A model generated the notes under the pieces. The model had not been told where the DNA came from. It worked only from the letters and a program-made list of their open reading frames with translations, and searched no databases. A DNA stretch of 62,980 nt, filler included, from Catajapyx aquilonaris (lineage: Eukaryota): NCBI GenBank assembly GCA_000934665.2. It is 2 parts of 2 records of this genome, joined end to end, with 100 filler letters (N's around TTAATTAATTAA, not from the genome) between each part and the next. Parts side by side here need not be neighbours in the genome. Positions count along the whole stretch, not along the records: positions 31,564 to 62,980 come from KZ539163.1; 1 more part is not named here. The stretch is one strand, 5' to 3'. Position numbers and translations under genes: made by a program. Shown one piece after another: positions 59,824 through 62,980 of the stretch (the stretch's first letter is position 1; every line of letters begins with the position of its first letter).

Positions 59824-62055
59824 TCCAGCAATATTATGTAAAGAAAAGAGTAGAACCTGGTTCTTTCTTACCTTTTTATGACTTGCAAAAATTTGCATGT
59901 TAAAATTAATAGTTTCAAATTTAATCACATTTAAAATGTTCAGAGAATGTGCTAGGTGTGGCAGTGAAATTTATTATTTCCTCTCTTTACGGTGTCCAAT
60001 ACTGTATCTTTGCAGTGGGGCACTAACGTCACTAAACTTGTTTGACCTCCTGCCCAAATCCATCGCCATAATTCTGCTTGCAACTGTATAATTATAGTAT
60101 GAGTGTAGAAAATAACACTTCATGATGGCACAGCCCTGTCAGTCACAAAACTACTTTTGCATGTGTGGCTCAAAAATGATTTCAAAATGGCAATATTTTC
60201 CTATTTCGGCCCATCCCCACATTTTGTAAAGGATGGAGTTGGGCCCTTGTTCTCTTGTGGCATTCAGTTGTTCATACTGGCTAGCAATTTTTAACACTAA
60301 GGTGCTCATTATTAAGCAGTTACGTTGGAAGAGGTACTTCGCGAGGTTGTCATATTAGCTGCTACTATTAGGTTCAAGTTTTGACCTAATGCAGGAGGGT
60401 CCAAGCTTTTAAAATGGTTTAACTATAGGCCTCACGTGCTACCAGGTCAACAGGAGTCTCTTGCAATGATTTCAGCTTGGAAATTCATTGCAATTGCAGA
60501 CATGGATGAATGCTCCTGTTCAGATGAATACTAGGAGCTAATATTTTAAATAACTGCTTAAAATAAGCAGATTAGTCTATTAAAAAAAACACCCCTTGCC
60601 GACATTTCAATTGCAACACATTGTCTTGATAATAATAAGTAGGCAGCACTTGGCATCCAGGGTTGGGGCTTTTTTTCCACACAACTGCAGATACCAAATG
60701 TAATAATGGTTTTATTTTTACTACTGTATTTCATGCTGTCCCAGTTAAAATGTAAAAATGATTAATTCATAACCATCACTTTTGGATTTTTTCTTGTTTT
60801 TCATATTGCATGCTCTCTCCTCTTTAATGTTATCACTGATGACATAAAGAGTGCAGTGTCCTTGGCTTGACCACAATCTGTTACAGTCCTAGGATAAGGA
60901 CAGACTCTCAAGGCAAAATTTTTCCCTGGTGTTGACACATGATCATTTCTTTACGCTTTGAAATTATGTCAAAAGCATCTACAATATGAATCTTGATATA
61001 GCGCTGAAGGTGACAATTAGGTCTTCTTTCTTTATAGTCCTTTTAAAAGGAGAGAATATGTGAAATCCTCTTTATTCCATTATACCTTGCAATGGCAGGT
61101 TTCAAATGTCCATTGTTTTCCCATATTCAAGAGCAGAAATGGCACATGACTATTAATTGTGACACAACATTATCACATGCTGAATTTCAGTATTTGTTCT
61201 CCTCCCCACTCCCATATCAGCTACATAGAAATGAAACTGCAGAATTGTGCAAAACAAGAACTAAATCACAATGAACTTTGCCCAGCTGGGTTGCCACATT
61301 AAGATTGTGAGCAGGAATTGAGCATAACAAGACTTGAAAAGAAGGACTGTCACATCATCCCCTTTTGAATGGGGCCTTTTGACCCCGTTTCATAAGGACC
61401 AAAGCAGGAAATATCTAGCTTGTCAACACGTGTGTTGCATCTAAATGGATCATGCCAAGCTCACTAGTGGTAGGACATTCTTTACCTGTATGGATTCCCA
61501 TTCCGTCCTATATCCATCCTTGGGAAGTGGTATCCTGTTTGATAACTGTACCTCAACTGACACCACAATTTTTTTAAAGTTACACAGTACTGTGCTTCTC
61601 AGCCTCTCAGGCAAAAGTGATAAGGCATATCTCATACTCAACACATACACTCACACTCACACACACACACAAAATTAACTGGCACTCATGCAAAAGCTAT
61701 GTTCATTGGTCCATACTCCATGTGTAATGACAAAACATCCTTCATGTGCCTCTGCTTTCTCCTTGCAACAGGTTTGATCTAATGTCATCACAGCTGTGCC
61801 CCACATGTGACAGAAAAATAAACAAATAACTTCCCTTTATCCCTTATAGTAGCGTTTAATAGCCTATAGTTCTGCAAGTCCAAAGGACATTACAGAGTAA
61901 TGCATTACGAGAAGCCTTTGGCAGTTGTTGACAAGATGCATTGTGCTAGATCTCAGATATCAACTTTTGACACATGCACAACAATATGCCTTGTTTCAAG
62001 GAATTCCAAAATTCTCCAACATTTTAAATTTTCTCTCTGGATGCATATTTTAAAT

Positions 62056-62309
62056 CAGTGGTTTTCAACCTTTTACCAACTGCAACCCCCTAAACATGTT
62101 TCCATAAATGTGCGACCCCCCCCCNNNNNNNNNNNNNNNNNNNNNNNNNNNNNNNNNNNNNNNNNNNNNNNNNNNNNNNNNNNNNNNNNNNNNNNNNNNN
62201 NNNNNNNNNNNNNNNNNNNNNNNNNNNNNNNNNNNNNNNNNNNNNNNNNNNNNNNNNNNNNNCGCGACCCCCAGCGACCCCCCCCCCCTCCCCCAGTTGG
62301 AAACCACTG
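62056..62309. mobile_element. hAT-type MITE spanning an assembly gap
   Basis: CAGTGGTTTTCAAC / GTTGGAAACCACTG; 8-bp TSD TTTTAAAT. Confidence 0.85.
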
Positions 62310-62980
62310 TTTTAAATGTTCCGGATTAAGAAGAGATTAGCAGAGTAAGGTCTCAAGGGAAGGGCAGTCTGAACATTTCCACTTGGTAAATGACCTTCCA
62401 TAACAAAACAGTTGGAGACCTACGCATGGCAGAGTGGTTTTGAAGTCAAGTCTGGCAAATTGTAATAGCATAAGTTCACTATGCTCTCTTAATCAAATTT
62501 ATAAAATAACCACACCATGTAGGTGCACTTAACCCATTTATTCCTAGCCTCCTATATATAGGATGGGCAGTGAAAAAAAAAATCTCGCAGTTATGATTAT
62601 AAATCACAGATTAAGGCATCTGAACCTCTTCATGAAAGTCTACTCTAGTGGGAGAATGCAGATATATCACATTTCTGTGATTTCATCAGTCACAAATACA
62701 AGTTGAATGTTGGGAAATTTGCAAATTTCAGAATTGCCGCGATCGGGCACGACTGAGTAACTATTTCTTTGAATTATAAATATTTCTATAGCTTTGAAAA
62801 ATAAATACAGTGCATGACTGTTGCAAGAAAGGTTGTGGAAAGCCACCATACAATATTTACATTGTTGGCCCTTATGAGTGGCGAATGGCAGCAAGGGAAA
62901 CAATGGTGTCCTACAATCTACTAATACTTTTGATAGCCATGAAAAAGTAACTGCATAAATTATGTAGATTAGTGCCAACA

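Overview
Eukaryotic, very probably arthropod, draft-genome sequence. It consists of two unrelated pieces joined by an artificial 100-nt linker at 31464-31563 (44 N + TTAATTAATTAA + 44 N). The left piece is gene-dense with short introns. It holds the 3' end of a fibrinogen-domain (FReD) lectin gene, an mpaB/rubber-oxygenase-like exon on the minus strand, a complete 5-exon mitochondrial ribosomal protein S11 gene and a complete 22-coding-exon Chd1 chromatin remodeller gene. The right piece holds the 5' part of a copper-transporting P1B ATPase (ATP7) on the minus strand, cut off at the linker. Its long introns are packed with nested MITEs/foldback elements and tRNA-derived SINEs. No autonomous transposase or RT ORF was found. 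The most interesting leads are: (1) a spliced non-coding extension of mRpS11 that appears to end just upstream of the Chd1 promoter, a CHASERR-like arrangement, with a Kozak ATG micro-exon in frame with Chd1; (2) a possible U12-in-U2 twintron and a poison exon in Chd1; (3) a degenerate SxxC metal-binding domain in ATP7; (4) V-domain SINEs plus several SINE families sharing one 3' tail; (5) Russian-doll palindromes able to form long intronic dsRNA. All splice models were read by eye and need RNA-seq confirmation.
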